Shown: positions 22,223 through 36,007 of the stretch, piece by piece
Layout of the letters: each line of letters starts with the position of its first letter
Position numbering within the stretch: position 1 is the first letter of the stretch
From: Basidioascus undulatus
Taxonomy: Eukaryota
DNA length: 38,587 nt
Direction: 5' to 3'
Assembly: GCA_000826855.1 (NCBI GenBank)
Contig: JTLS01000041.1
Location: 1 to 38,587, forward strand
Position numbers and translations under genes: made by a program
Notes under the pieces: model-generated
What the model was told of the DNA's origin: nothing
The model's database searches: none
Seen by the model: the letters and a program-made list of their open reading frames with translations, nothing else

Positions 22223-25200
22223 TCAAAACTCCATCGAGTCGTCCTGGCGCTTCCGAGCGTAGCGCCCTCCCGGCCGATCGTCGTCGTCGTCGAGGATCTC
22301 CTCCTCGGGGTCGCTCCGCAGGTGCGTTGCACCCAGACTCCGCGCCGCCTCGTCCATCATGTTCTCGCCCGTGTACGTGAAGCCACGAAACGAGTCTTGG
22401 ACGCTTCCCGTGAGCGGGCTGGTCGGCGCGCCCGACCCGCTCCCGCCGTTCGCCGTCGACGACGGCTGCTTGATCTCCTTCGCGCCCGCCGGGACGTTGT
22501 CGTCCGCCGCGACGTCATCGTCCCAAGGAACGCCGTGCTCGCGCAGGTCCGCGGACGTGAACTCCGTGTCGAAGTTCGCGACGGACTCGTCGGACTCAAC
22601 GAGCGGCTTGAACGGCGGCGTCACTTGCCGTGCGGCGAGCGCGTCCCAGTCGATCGACTTGAAGAACGCGTGCTCCTTCAGCTCGGCCGCGTCGCGCCGT
22701 GCGCCTAGACGGTGCTCGGGGTTCCGGTTCAACAGCTGTGTCCAGTGGAATGTGTCCAGTGGAAATGTCAGTAGACAAGCACTACCTTCGACAGACTGCA
22801 GTCTACTCACGCCCTTGACGAACTGCTTCCCATCATCGCCGATCACGCCCTTCGGGAATCGGATCTTGCCGAAGCAGATGTTCTGAAGGGCCTCCAGCGC
22901 ATTAGCAATGCTGTTTCCAGATGTCGTCGCACGCAATGGCGGCGTACCTTGTACATTTGTTGCGTGTCCTCCGCGTAGAACGGTGACCAGCCGCAGCACA
23001 TCTGGCCATCACCGCATATCGGCACTTCCGATCCGCCTGACGCAATCCACCCGGAACGCACCTCGAACAGCAGCACCCCCAAACTCCAAAAGTCAACGAG
23101 CATCGAGTAACCGTCATCGTTGAGCAGGACTTCGGGGGCGAGGTATTCTGCGGAAGACGCCCACATTGAATCAGCGATCGGATGCAGGCGTGGGGCATGG
23201 CGAAAAAATGGGAGTGAAACGCACCGGTCGTGCCGCAGAAGGTGGAGGTGAGCTGGTCGGCTGGCAGGTCGGGCTTCGAGAGACCAAAGTCGCAGAGAGC
23301 GACGTGACCCGTCGCGTCGAGGAGGATGTTCTCGGGCTTGAGATCGCTGTTCGGGGCCCCACCCAACTGTCAGCTTTTGTTGCTCTCCCCGTCGCCACCC
23401 ACTCCTCACGACCCCACCCCCAGATCCCGAGCAGAAGGAATACAGACGCACCGGTACACGATGTCGTACTTGTGCAGGTGCTCGAGTGCAAGCACAAGCT
23501 CGGCGATGTAGAACCGTGCGCGGTCCTCGGAGAAGCGGCCCTCGCGCTGCAGGTGCCAGAAGAGCTCGCCGCCAGATTTGTAGTCGGTGACGAAGTAGAG
23601 CTCCTTATCCGTCTGAAACGAAAACTTGAGGCCGACGAGGAAAGGGCACTCGAGTGAGACCTGGAGGATCTTGCGCTCGCCGATCGTGTGCGCGACCTCC
23701 TTCTTGGCGATGATCTCCTTCTTGGAGAGGACCTTCATCGCGTAGATTCGCTTCGTGTCTTTCTTACGCACTTGGAACACGCGCCCGAAAGTCCCCCGCC
23801 CGATGAGCCGCAGGAACTCAAAGTCCCGCGGCGTTAGGGAGTGTCGTGACTGTTCAATTGTGATCCGTAAGATGTGTTCAGCTTGCTGGAGACCTTGAAG
23901 GGGAGAGAGGGGGGAGAACCACGCACCGCGAACCGCTCGTACAAGATCTGCAACCGGATCTCGCCCGTGACCTTCTCCGACCTGATCTCCTTCCCCTCCT
24001 TGTCCTTCCCCATAGCCTCCAACCTTTTCCATCCAACTCATCAACTTCTGGCAAAGGCGCGCAAGGCAGCGAAGGGGGGGAAGTGAAAAGCCGGAATGCG
24101 CGCTCACTTGTACCACTGGTCCACCTCGACACCCGGCGTCAGCCGGAGCCGGATCTCCTTGTGCCCCAGGAACGCCTCGCCCTCGTAGTGGTCGTAGTCG
24201 ATGTGCTCGCCCTCGGGCGGGGGCTCGAGCGAGAGCGCCGCGAGAGACGCGTCCGCTGGAGGATTGTCGGCGGGGGAAGGGTTCGGGAGGGCAGCGTGGA
24301 CACGGTCGTAGACTGCGATTTCGAGGGGAGAGTCTTCCCGCGCGACGTCGCTATTCGTCACCCGGCATCTCGCGAGTCAGCAAACAGAGAGAAGCGGCGA
24401 GCGGGGTCGAGATGCGACGCACAAAGTAACCTCATGCTTCCAGAACGGACAGTCCCCGCTGGGCCCGAATAGCCCCCCTGCCGGGCCCGTCGTGGTCGGC
24501 GTCCGCACGCCGCCACTCGCGCCGCTCCCTACCGGCCTCGGCCCGTCCTCTAGCTTGTTCCTCGCGACGCCCTTCGCGAGCGCCTCGCCCGCGCCGATCG
24601 GCTCGCGCGAGACGAACTCGTTCTGCTCGAACGTGACTACGCAGTAAGGGCGCGCGACGGAGGGGTTCGGGACCGCCAGCCCGCGCGCCTCCATGATCTT
24701 CACGGTCAGGTGGCCCTTTGAGGAGAGCGTCGGGTTGTTCGTCTGCTGGCGCTTGAGCGGGGGAGGTCGGATGGAGAAGTCGGGAGGGTTCGTGGACAGG
24801 GAGGTCGTGGCGGTCGCTGAGATGAGGGCTGTCAGTGAGAGAGTCACAATTATATGCGAGAAGGTCGAAAGTATGTGTGTGTGGCTGAGAAAACGAGAGG
24901 CGAATTGAAGAAATGGAGCAGCGCCAGAAGGAGGAGAGAAGACACCGCCTCGTGCGAGAGAACGCGTTTCTCATGTCAGCAGAAACGCCTGCGCCACGCC
25001 CAGATCGCCTGTGTGCAATGGTCGCAACCGAATTACGCTGCGGAGAAGAGCAAAAGGAGAGGAACAGAAGCCCGTGACGGTCGCATCGTCCCACGCCGCT
25101 CCCATCTGCTCATCTTCGCCGCCTTCACTCACGCCCCAGCACCCAACTCGTACCATCCCATCGCATCCTCCAAAGACCCGTGACACTCCCAGCGTTTCGT

Positions 25201-25490
25201 CTCTCCCATGCCTCATCTCGCTCCGTTGCCATCGCATACTCAGACTCACCAGGCGTGATCCCACCGGGACTCGCTAGCGGGGTGGTGTTGTTGTTCGCGG
25301 ACTCTGCGTCCGCCATAGAGACGCTAGGTGCAGGCGCAAGGGACTGCTGCCGCTGCTGCGCGCTGTTGGGGGAGAGCGTCTGCTCCCACGGGTTGCTCTC
25401 ATCCGTTTTCTTGTTGGCCTTCGGGGCCTTGGGCGTCACGTCGCCCGCGGCGCTGTTGGCGGCGTTGCCCGGCCAGAAGCCTTTGAGCAT
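22223..25490 (-). CDS. SCH9: AGC-family Ser/Thr kinase Sch9/Sck1 with C2 domain, multi-exon
   Basis: C2 domain ([32 protein letters not shown]); kinase motifs [61 protein letters not shown]-terminus PPFKP...FDTEFT and hydrophobic motif FRGFTY. Confidence 0.95.
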
Positions 25491-25546
25491 CGTGGGCGCG
25501 GGAGGGTGCGGGGATAGAGGTGAGAAAGGGCGAGGAGGAGGAGCAG

Positions 25547-25567
25547 GTCAAGGTCAAGGTCAAGGTC
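25547..25567. repeat. Short (GTCAAG)n hexanucleotide microsatellite in the SCH9 leader
   Basis: ggtcaaggtcaaggtcaaggtc read directly from the sequence. Confidence 0.6.
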
Positions 25568-28511
25568 GATGGCGGTTAGTGCGAGATGGATGAGACGAGT
25601 CGGCAGAGTGCAGCCGAGCGCGCGTTCGTGCGGGAGGGGGCGAGGCTCAATCTGCGGACACTGCCCATTATCCCAGCACCCCCGTTCAAATTTCAGTGTC
25701 TTTGGCCTGCTATCGGCGAATAAATTGTAGAGTCCGGTGCGCACAGTATGCGTATATGCCCGTGTATACAAGGCGGAGATGGGAAGGGCGATAGGTTGAA
25801 TGAGGAGAAGGACCAAGATGGCGAGAAGACTCGAGCTGGGAAAGCGCTTGCTGGATGATGACGAACCCCCTCCCTAGCTGAGATCACCTCCCCTCACCGG
25901 CCTGTCCCTCGCTCGCAGCTCGCTCTCCCAAAACAGCAACGAACCTTCCCAATTAGGCAAACTACTCTGCCGAAAGCCTTTCAACGGAAATTGTTCATTT
26001 ACCATAGCCCGGAATCCCGATTACACCGAATCAGCCGCGTTCGAGACTTCAAACTGCTCCTCGAGCAGGAGGGGCCCCGCAGTCCCACAGCGTCATTTCT
26101 TTGCCCGGCCCCTTACGCCGACGCAGAGTGGATCTGCTTCTGCTCCTCTACATCCACCAAAATTGCAGCTGCCCGCGTCTCTGCTTGTGGGACGAGAAAA
26201 GCCTACCGAAGTGGTTGCGCGAGCCTGCGTTCACGCATTGGGTTGGCGAGTGCGGGCACCATGGGGCGCCTGTCTGTGAGCGCGCGTACCTGGATTTTCA
26301 ACGATTTCATGCACAAGTTCACAGCCGGTGCCTGTATTTTTCACAGGTACCCGACTTCACAACGACAGAGCCTGAACCTCTGAGGGAGCTGCAACAGGCT
26401 GAACCCCAACGCGTTTCACACGTCAACAAGCCTCGGAATCACTGATTCATGTCGACCGCCTATCGCTTTCACAGTCTTTTAGATGTGCAATCGTAAGTGC
26501 AAGCCGAAGCTTTCCTTTTGTTACACACCTCCTCGAGAGGCTCAGATGAACATCGTAATATCTATCGGACTCCGTTACTTCACAAGCCTCACCAATTAAA
26601 AACGACGACGCAACATTGTTGATAACTGGCAGTCGTCCACCTCGCTCAGCACACAGCCTCAGCCACTTCCAAACTCCTGGCTGTTCCGAACGTTAATACC
26701 ACACGACCTTTGTGCTTGGTGCAATGATCAGCAGTCTGCCCGACGTTGCGCAACGCCGCGTGGTCTGCCAGACTCGAAAGCACACGTGGAATTGGCTGCG
26801 TCGTGTGACCATGTAGTCGTCCTGTGACCTCCCTTCGTCGTGCAATTCACGCGATATACAGGAGAAAAGCTCCTGATGGTAACTGGGTGGAGAGTAGTGC
26901 GCAACAAACGCTGGCTCTGTGCCTGCGCGGAGCAGTGGTGCAACCGCACCCTTGCAGTCTTCTGCGTACAGACACTTTGTCTTCAGAGGGATCGATATCT
27001 CCCGAAATAGGTGGGGTGTGACTCCAATCACTACCGTGCTGGAGCTCAGCAGCAGCCGCCGGCGCTGGGTTTTAGGTCTTGGCGGTGAGCACAGTGAGCA
27101 CTCTGCTGAGGACGCACCTGCTCGACTTTGGCTTCAGGGAACCTTTGAGACGCTTGAACCATCAGGTCCCTAATTAATTTTATTCTCACTGAGCTCTAAG
27201 GGAGGGTGGGATGTGTAGAAAGTTTGGCCGGAAAGAAGACCGGTTCGGTGAGAAGAGGGATCGATGGAACGCGACCTTGAAGTCTTTGCCTTCTGTGAAC
27301 GGGAGTGAACAGTTCGCGTCGTGCTTGTCCTGAGGAAGTACTGATCCATCAAATATTGTATGGTTCAGCAGAAGTCGGAGATGGAAACGCTGATTGGGCG
27401 CAGGGGAGTGAATGTCGACAACGTCCACAGGCCACCAGCACTCTAGCGAACCTCAGTTCATTTTTTGCGGATGTACATGTCATGGTCCTTTTTGACCGGG
27501 TTTTCTCTATTGTGTTAGATTGATTAAGCTCCAACATAGTCCTGCAACGCCGGTACAATTGACGAGTCGCGTACAGTCAGTGGGGCTGCGCGCTGGCAGC
27601 TGCGAAAGTGCTAACGACAACGCGGATGCCAGGTGCCGCAGACTGCCAGGTTCACAAGGCGTTTACCTAGAATGGTAACGGACCAAACTACCTGCAACTT
27701 GGTCCCGGTGCGTGGAAATGAGCTCAGCTATACTATGTCTGGAGCGCACTGCCTGTGAAACGACTTCGAGAGCAGGTCTAAGCGGACACTACAGTACCGT
27801 GAACAGATGATCAAAATTTAAGGAGTTACGAAAGTCGTGCTTTCCTTTTACCAGATTGCTATAGGGAATGAGATAATGAGCTTTGCTTCTCGACAGTACG
27901 GTCAATCTTGACGTTGGTGGGCTCACTCAGGCTGGGTGTTGAGGCGCGGTTCATACGCATCCGCACACGACCTCGGCCTTCCAGGTATATTAGGTTTGCA
28001 TCTTTCCTGAATGATATATGTAGAAACATTTTCATTAGAATGGAGTTGAGAGGGTTGGGAAAGGCATAAAAAGGTGGAAGAGGTCGAAAGCGAGCGGTTC
28101 CGCGGATGTCTCGGAACCTGCCCTGAAGTTTCGAGGGCAAAGGTGCCAATATTAGAGCCGAAATGATTTCTCCCTTAACGCAGGACCCCTGGCTCACTTA
28201 TTGGTTAGATTCCGGTCAACAGCTTTTGCAGAACTCTCCAGCGTACAGTTGACTCTCGTCGGTGATCTTGATCCCTCGGTTGGTGAGTTGCTGAAGGTGT
28301 ACGCAAACACAATGAACCGCAGACTGACCAGAACGCTGCTTCTCCAAATATCCCGAAATACCCTTCTTCCCGCTCCTCGATCCGCCAACTTTGACCGACT
28401 TCCGTCCCTCTCGACCCCGGAATCGCTCTCGCGATGCGACCCTGCGCTGCTCCTGCGCTGTCCCGATGATGCTGTATTGGTGGATGGTGGATTTGTGGTG
28501 TTGCAGTCAAA

Positions 28512-28946
28512 ATGGCCAAGTCTAAGAAGTGCGTCTTCCTTTGATCCCGGGACGGGAGGAGCAAGCTAACGCTCCTGCAACCCCTTTCCCCCCAACTTTC
28601 CAGCCACACCAACCGTACATCCCCCTCATGCTACCCGCCGCGCAATCCTGCGCATGCACTCCTCTCGACATGTCCTGATTCACGCCTCCGGCTCCGCAGA
28701 CAACCAGAACAAGAAGGCCCACCGTAACGGGATCAAGAAGCCCAAGACCAACAAGCACCCCTCCCTCAAGGGTGTCGACCCCAAGTTCTTGCGCAACCAG
28801 CGCTTCGCCAAGCGCGGCACCCAGAAGGTGCGCCGTCTCCGCCGCGGGGAGAGGACTTGGTGCGAGGCCATGGGACGGTCCGGTTGACATGCTGGGTCGG
28901 GTTGCTGGAACAGGCTGTCGCGGAGGCCAAGGCTACCGCCGCTTAA
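28512..28946 (+). CDS. RPL29: 60S ribosomal protein eL29; coding exons 28512-28528, 28604-28614, 28700-28827, 28914-28946
   Basis: Spliced product [62 protein letters not shown]; all introns are GT-AG. Confidence 0.97.
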
Positions 28947-29424
28947 GCGGGTTTTTGGGGCTCCTCCTTGTTGCTGGGTCACGACATGGGGTATGATATG
29001 TAACAGCGCGCTTGCAATTATGCCTCCTTACGCTCATGCTCGCCTCGTGCTGTCGTGCACCCCCATGGAAGCTCGCTCACCTTGCGTTTAGCGCTCATTT
29101 CGATCACGAACGACTTAACTTCCGTTACTTATCGTTCTCGAGTCATGCTCAGAGCTCAATCGCACAGCCGTCAATTGTCGTTCAAGCGGTCGTGGTGTTC
29201 ATGTCCGCTCGAAGAGGCCTTCACTTCTCGAACTTGCCCCAACATTCGCCGCCGTCCTGCGACATTCGCACATGCTTTCCTGAGCAATATCACACAGTGA
29301 TGCGACACTCGCTCCGATCATACAGGATGATAATGGTACATTGGGCAAGCAAGGATAAGGAACCGCTCCACCGATGACGGATAGATGAAATGGATGCGGG
29401 AATTTCGCCGCTGTGGGAGGACGA

Positions 29425-30146
29425 TCAATTGTTCCACGGATGCACAGTTCCGAATGCGATCGGCGACGGAGGAGGTGTAGGGTACCCGTTCTCGATAATG
29501 TGGGTTACTGGCGGGGCGGGAGCGTTGAGCGGGGTGAGGATGTTCTTGATCTCGGCCCAGTTGACTATTACGTCGTAGTCCAAGTGGTTGAGAATGTGCC
29601 ACTCCACTGTTTACAGGTTGTCAGCGCCAGTGCACCATCCCGCAATCTCAACACCGAAGACGACGCACTCAAGCCCAGTTCCTTCTTCTTCGCAACACCA
29701 TAAGCGATCTTCTCCCACGTGTCGAGGTCGTACACGTTGTCGCAGAGCACCTTGCTTGCGACCATGAGCATGGTGATGAAGAGTCGGTGGAGGTTGACGT
29801 TGTGCGCGTCGGGTTGGCGCACGTAGAGGCGGCCGAGGAGGACGAGCGCGCTGAAGGGGACCGCAGGCGGGAGGTCCGCTCGTCGGAGGACACGCTTTAT
29901 GTAGTGGCCCAGCGGCGGCAGGTTTGCATGCACCGGTTCGATGGTCGGCGAGAAGAGCTGGGTGACGAAAGCCGCGCAGAATGTGGCCAACAAGGCGGGC
30001 GGCGGGAAACAGTCGGGCACCGCTGGCTGCGGCGGTGGCTGCAGGATGAGCGGGCACGTTGTGTAGAGAGGGCGAAGAGAAGCGTCGACATTCATGTGGG
30101 GAGTTTTGGTGCCGGGAAGGTAACGGAGGGACGGTACGGCCGGCAT
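29425..30146 (-). CDS. Pho80/Pcl-type cyclin (Pho85 cyclin family); one intron at 29668-29607; start codon uncertain
   Basis: Cyclin box: YIKRVLRRADLPPAVPFSALVLLGRL, NLHRLFITMLMVASKVLCDNVYDLDTW, ELGL|MEWHILNHLDYDV; Pro-rich tail YPTPPPSP. Confidence 0.8.
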
Positions 30147-31401
30147 GGCTGTAAGGTCGAAAGCGAGCGGGACGCGGAGTGAGCCTGCGGGCACAGCGTT
30201 GCGTCGAGAGACGACTCGCCTTCTTATGCTGTGACGTCTGGGAATGTCCACGAATCTCTAGGCACTGGAAGTCAGACCATGTCTGATCCGCATGAAGTCC
30301 TCGAGCCGACGCTCATGTTCAGCAACGGCATTCACCAGCGCGTATGTCGGTACAGGAGAGTAGCGCAGGGCGAACGGCCTGAAACGAGGATCGACGCGGA
30401 CCAGCGGGCGGAAGCAGCCCTGTCCTGGAGCTGGCCGAAAATGATCAGTTCCTGGCGCGGAAGGACCATCGGTCGTCACGGCAGACGAAAGCGAGTGGGG
30501 CAGAGTCAAGTTTGTCTGGCACGTTCAGGCGATGCGGGTGCACTTCGGATCGCCTGTTTCAGACGTCCTATGGCGTGAGGAACCAGGCTCGCTCTTGTGG
30601 CTTTCACTGGAAGAAAACTGTACCTCCTGAACCTTCCTGGAGCATAAGAAAACTTCGCTTCAGCGTAGCGCAGTTGATGAGAGCGTCTCGCAGTCATGAA
30701 GGCGTTGCGCTGTTACTAGTTCTGAATCCTCCTTCTACATTTTGAAGTTCGGGCAATCTCGACTTTCATCCGAAACAGCCATCCATTTTGCTTGGCAACA
30801 CTTATTCACATCAGGCGGGTTAAAACACAGCGACACCTAGGTACATTTTGCCGGAGATCTCAACGTGCAAATGTTACGAAGGCAAGGGATCAATTTGTTT
30901 GGCTTAAGGTGCACTTCTGTGAACGTAGGTCGATAGTAAAGACAGGTATAACCTCTTGCCTTCAACACGGCGTACATGTGTGCGTTGTCTTTGGCTGACA
31001 AATGTTTGCCGTCTGCAAGGGAACCGTTATGAAAATCTGATCCTCATACACATCCGGTCGTGTAATATGACTGCGTTTCTATTTGTCAAAACAAAGCGCA
31101 TACACTGTTAACAAGGTACACTGCACTTTGTAAAAAATTGCCCATGCAGTTCGTGTAAAGGAGACTTTTCAAGATGGCCACGGGCATTGGAGGGCGTCAG
31201 TTTACTACGTCGCCTGCCAATGCGCGGAGTGACGATCGAGTCACACACATCCTGCACTCTCCGTATCGGCCGAGAACCTCGGTAAAGCGATCTATGTCCG
31301 TCTTCTGCAGTTCAACCTTTACTTGCATTCCAGCGTACTTAAAGACGGCAGAAGGAGACAAGTTACCTGTCACCATCTCCCATCTGGTTCAAAGCATAGG
31401 C

Positions 31402-32598
31402 ATGGCCTACTCAGATCTTCCCAGCTTTCCACTCATTCATCCGGAGCTTCGTGAGACTTTTGAAGCGATCACGGCTGCCCCAGCTGTGCCATGGCACGAC
31501 GCTGCCGCTATCCCCGGCCTGCGTGAGACTTTCAAAAGAATGCTGCCCCCCCGGTCAGATGTGGTGCCCCCCCCCCCCCCTAAACACGAGTATAGCAGTC
31601 CCCCGATTTGGCATGTCTGTTTAAGGCTGCTGTGATACAAACCAACGAGATCTTCCTCGGTCGCGACGACGGCACGAAGCTCCGCGCCCTTGTTCTCCAG
31701 TCGGCGCAAGGCGCCACAGAGGGCGGCCCCGTGCTGTTGTGGGCACACGGAGGAGGCTTTGTGCTGCACCCTCCTGAAGTCGACTTCATCACCCTTGGCT
31801 ACCTCGTCGAGCGGGGCATTACTGTGAGAGCGTTGCACGTGCGCGAATAATGTTCCGCTCCGCTGACCACCGGCATCCTCATTTGCGATGTTTCCAGTGC
31901 ATCTCTCCCGAGTATCGTCTCTCGCCGGAGCACCCTCATCCAGCTGGTCGGTTATTGCTTGGTTCTATCCTAACACTGCTATTATCACGGTTGATGGCTG
32001 ACGGCTGCCACTGAACAGCTCTCGACGACCTGCACCAAACGTACAAGTTCCTGCTGGAACGCCCGCGCTCCTTCCGGCCCACAAACAGCTTTGTATCGGG
32101 GGACAGTCTTCCGGCTCGAACCTCGCTGCGTCGCTGGTCTACAGGCTCTAGCAATCGCGGTCGACTCCTCAATCGCGCCTCGTCCTTCTCGACTCACCTG
32201 ACGTCGACCTTCGGCCCGCCTCTCTCCAGGCCGCGCTCTACCCTACCTTCAACCCCGCCCACCCTCTCTCCCCCTACTTCGCCATACGCCCGGTCTCAGC
32301 CCTCGAGGCTTTCGCCAAGCACTACGCGGCCCGCGACTACTCCGACCCGGCCGTCTCCCCGGTCGTCGGCGACGGGAAGGGACTGCCGCCCCACTACCTA
32401 TCCATCTCAGAGCTCGACGCGACGCTAGATTCGGCGTTCAAGTACGCTGAGAACCTCCGGAAGGTTGGAGTACCCGTCGAGACGTACGTCTGGAGAGGTA
32501 CCTTCCACGCATTCTCGGGGTTTGTGCGAGACTCGAACGTCGCAACGGCGGCGAAGGACGGGTGGGTGAGGGCTTTGCACGAGGCTGTTATCTGGTAG
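31402..32598 (+). pseudogene. HSL-family alpha/beta hydrolase (esterase/lipase), disrupted
   Basis: IHPEL cap, LWAHGGGFV oxyanion motif, PEYRLSPEHPHPA, nucleophile elbow IGGQSSGSNLAA, LPPHYLSISELD and GTFHAF. A frameshift at ~32059-32066 and an in-frame TAG at 32149-32151 break the frame. Confidence 0.85.
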
Positions 32599-33386
32599 AC
32601 GGCTGGAGAGCATCTTCATACAAACAGAAGTTTAATTGTTACGTGTGTCCGTGTGTTTGGTGTAACCATGAGAGTTTTCATTCATTCAGACGTTTCTTGT
32701 CCGTGATTGGCACTTGCTGTCGACCTTTTCCGAGCGGTCAACACTTTCATTTCATCTCAACCGACCCCCGCGTGTATCACTCTAATTCCAGATACTTTTG
32801 GGCTTGAATTCTCTGTGCATTATCGTTGCGCCCCGACGCGATGCAGCATCATCGGTCGTGGCGGACACCAACGCTGATAGACATTGAGAAAGAAGCCACC
32901 GGCTTGCGTGCAGGACCGGTTGTGCATTCCTTGGATGTCATGGGTTCGTTTCAAAAAGTAGGCATTGTATTCAACAATGAAATACGCCAGTCAGAGCAGA
33001 TGAGACTAGAATAGAGGCATTTCTGAAATTGATTGACGCTGCACCAACGTTACCAAACAAAAAACGAGCCGCTCTCTCATGTATCTCGCCTTCGATGCAT
33101 GCTGCTTGTCCACTTAACAAATCTTACAGCTGCAGCAGACTGACCTCACCATAATATTATCGGCATTTACCGTTATTCCATCAACTCACTCAATCCTTTT
33201 CGGTCATCGAGGTTGCCCGCAGGCTTCCCCTTGATCGCTCGACACGAAGACGCGTTCAAGACGCGGTCCTGCGTTCGAATCCGCCACGAGAATTCCCATG
33301 TTCGCATCTCTCATCTGCATCGCAGCGGCTGCTGGTGCTGATGATATCTATTCGACCAATTCTAGATATCCCTTTATACGTGCGCC

Positions 33387-35767
33387 ATGTCGGACCCCAA
33401 CGGCGCGTCCAACGGCGCTGCAGCCGGTCCCTCAGCACCCAACCACCCTCTATCTTCGACCTCGTTCCACTCGATCGAGTACCCCGGCTACGTCTCTTCC
33501 TTTCCGGCCGCGCTCCCTTCGCTCGGTGGCGATCTCAAGCAGGTCCAGCACGCGTTCGAGGGAGACAACAAGCTACTGGAGCTTCGCCTTCGCCCATACA
33601 ACCCATTCGCGCACCCCGTCGCGGGCGAGGTCGTCGGCACCGCGAACGTCGTACTGAAGATCATGCGCAGGCGCCGGAGGAGGAGAAATGCGTACGCGAT
33701 GGAGGTTGATGGAGCCGCTGGGAAGGCACCTGCGGAGAAGGGCGAGTTCAAGGCTGAGATCGTTGGCGGTATCCAGAAGACGGCGAGATTCCGAGGTGCG
33801 TCTGCGCGCTATCTTCGAATTATCTGTATGCGCTGACGGCCTTTCCGTATTAGCCATGGCGGACTTCCAGTACGACGCCGACCTGTCCGACCCCATCCCG
33901 CAGCTGCGGCAGGCGCTGGAGACGTCTGATCGTGCGCATGCCGCTTTCTAGTCCACGTCTGTTGCTCACTCCACTGTTGACTTGCAGTGAAAGGCACGAT
34001 TGCCGCTATGAAGGACTACAAGCTCCCTCCTCCGCAAGAAGAGATGCTCAACCTCGCTGAGCGCGCTGCGATAGTCTCCAAAGCGCGCGCGGAGGGCAAC
34101 GATCTCGGGCGCGACGCGAACCCCGCCTTGCACGACCTCCGCATGATCCCGCCGCCCATCTTCAGTCGGATGACTATCCACCAGAACTACGCGTGCGTTT
34201 TGCTCAGTGTCATCCCTTGGCTTGCAACTCTGCAGCGGGCACTCACGCAGCGTCTTGCTCGGATGAACAGATACCGCCAGAACCCGGCTTCGGTGGAGAC
34301 GACTGCGCTGCGCCCGGACACGGGCGAGAGCTACCAGCGTATGATCAACAAGCATCGCGCGAAGGGGTGGAACCCCGTCCCGTGCGCGTTCGACGCGGAG
34401 TCCGTTCCGGAGGAGCCGACCAGCGAGGTGAAGGAAGGCGCGGCAACGTTCTCCGATCGGCTCGTTGCTTTGGTCCGGGAGGTGCGTGGATTGCCGCGGC
34501 ATGCCTTACATCTTCGCAGGTGCCTTCTCATACCTGAAATGTGACATTGCCAGAAATTCGAGGAACGCCCGGTTTGGACTCGGACGGCGCTGATGAACCA
34601 GTTCGACCCTGCGGACGCGAAGGCGATCAACAAGTGTGTCTCCTTCAGTCTGCCTCTCATGCAAAACGGTACATATTCTGACTTTCTATCCCTCCAGCGG
34701 CAAACCTATCGTCTCTGTCAACGCCTTCACCTTCACCAACGGACCGTGGTCCGACTGCCTCGTCCGCTACGGCTACGACCCGCGCTTGGACCCTAAAGCT
34801 CGCTTGTACGCCCCGCTTGCTCCTTGCTTGCGCTATGGCCGACGCCCGTTAAACTTAACATCTTCTGGCACCAAAAGCTATCAGCGCGTCTACTTCCGGA
34901 ACGTCAACGCAGGCCACCAGCGGAAGAGCCTCGCGCGGATGCTGTCGCGCAAATCGACGGGCGCCGGCGAGCAGGGCACGCCGGACGATGGAGCGTCTGG
35001 GGAGGACGCATCCAAGAGCGACCGGTGCGTCCGGTGGAAATGCTCGCATTTCGTTCGTTGGCGCTTGTCGGAAAGCTGACTATAGATGGATATGGTCTGC
35101 GCTTCGACAGCAAATCGCACATCTTCGATGGCGAGAACCTGCACCGCGCTATCGGCAATTACCAACTCATCGACGTGACGGACCCTCTGCTGCACCGCTT
35201 GATACACGACACGACGGACCTGCGCGAGGAATGCCACGTATGTGCTTGCCCTTCGCCGTCCAAGTCCCCCCCGAATGCTAAACGACCCGCGTTTCGTATG
35301 ATTCCCTACGCAGGAGAAAGATGGCTTTTTCCCGCCCGTGCGCTTCCGGCTGATCCGCGAGCTCCTGCGCCGCAAGTTCCGCGTGCTCTACGACGAGGGG
35401 CGCGCGCTCACGGACGAGGAGTGCCAAGAGATGATCGCCGCTGCGGCGGCGATGGACGACGACGAGGCCGCGTCGGACGGCGAGATTGAGCGCAAGCTCG
35501 CCATCGCGCGCGTCGCGGCGCCCACGGACTCGCGCCACAGGCACAGGAGCAATCGGGCGAAGGTGCCCCTGGCGCCGGAGGAAGCCGCGGTGCGTTGGCT
35601 TGACATCGTCGTTCTCCACCGCCGCCCACCTTTTCTTTGGATTGAAGAGTGGGCGAAGCTGACTGGGGTGCGTGGCGGGGTAGGCGGCGAGGCTCAAGGC
35701 TGCGCTTGTGGAAGAGCGCAGGGCGGGCAGGTCTGCCAGGGCGAGGGAGAGCACCGCCGGTGCATGA
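33387..35767 (+). CDS. TFC1: RNA polymerase III transcription factor IIIC subunit tau95 (Tfc1/Sfc1), multi-exon
   Basis: FHSIEYPGYV, LELRLRPYNPFAHPVAG, TANVVLKI, KTARFR|AMADFQY, IPPPIFS, FEERPVWTR, FTNGPWSDCLVRYGYDPR, SHIFDG, NYQLIDVTDPLL, DGFF. Confidence 0.9.
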
Positions 35768-36007
35768 GCCGACGAGGCGTAGTAGCCGGTTCGACGTTTA
35801 TTCATGTGCCATGGTCCCATGTTCGTGTCGCAGCGTCTGGTCAGCGGCGGTGTTTAGACTTGCTCCGTTCATGGTTGGCTGCGACTTGGGTGCGAGGCTC
35901 GGGAGCAAGGATCAGGCCAGCGAAGCTGATGTGCTGTGCCCGTCGACAGGCACCATCGGATTGAATGATACTAGCCAATTGTGAGCCCATGTTCCGGCCC
36001 GCCTGTC

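Noticed and set aside
27838..27860. CCTTTTACCAGA resembling U5 snRNA loop 1
   Set aside because: The invariant G is missing and there is no closing stem; it looks more like a polypyrimidine tract with an AG.
30258..30509. Short minus-strand ORF upstream of the cyclin as an extra exon or uORF
   Set aside because: No ATG start or convincing splice link could be established from the sequence alone.
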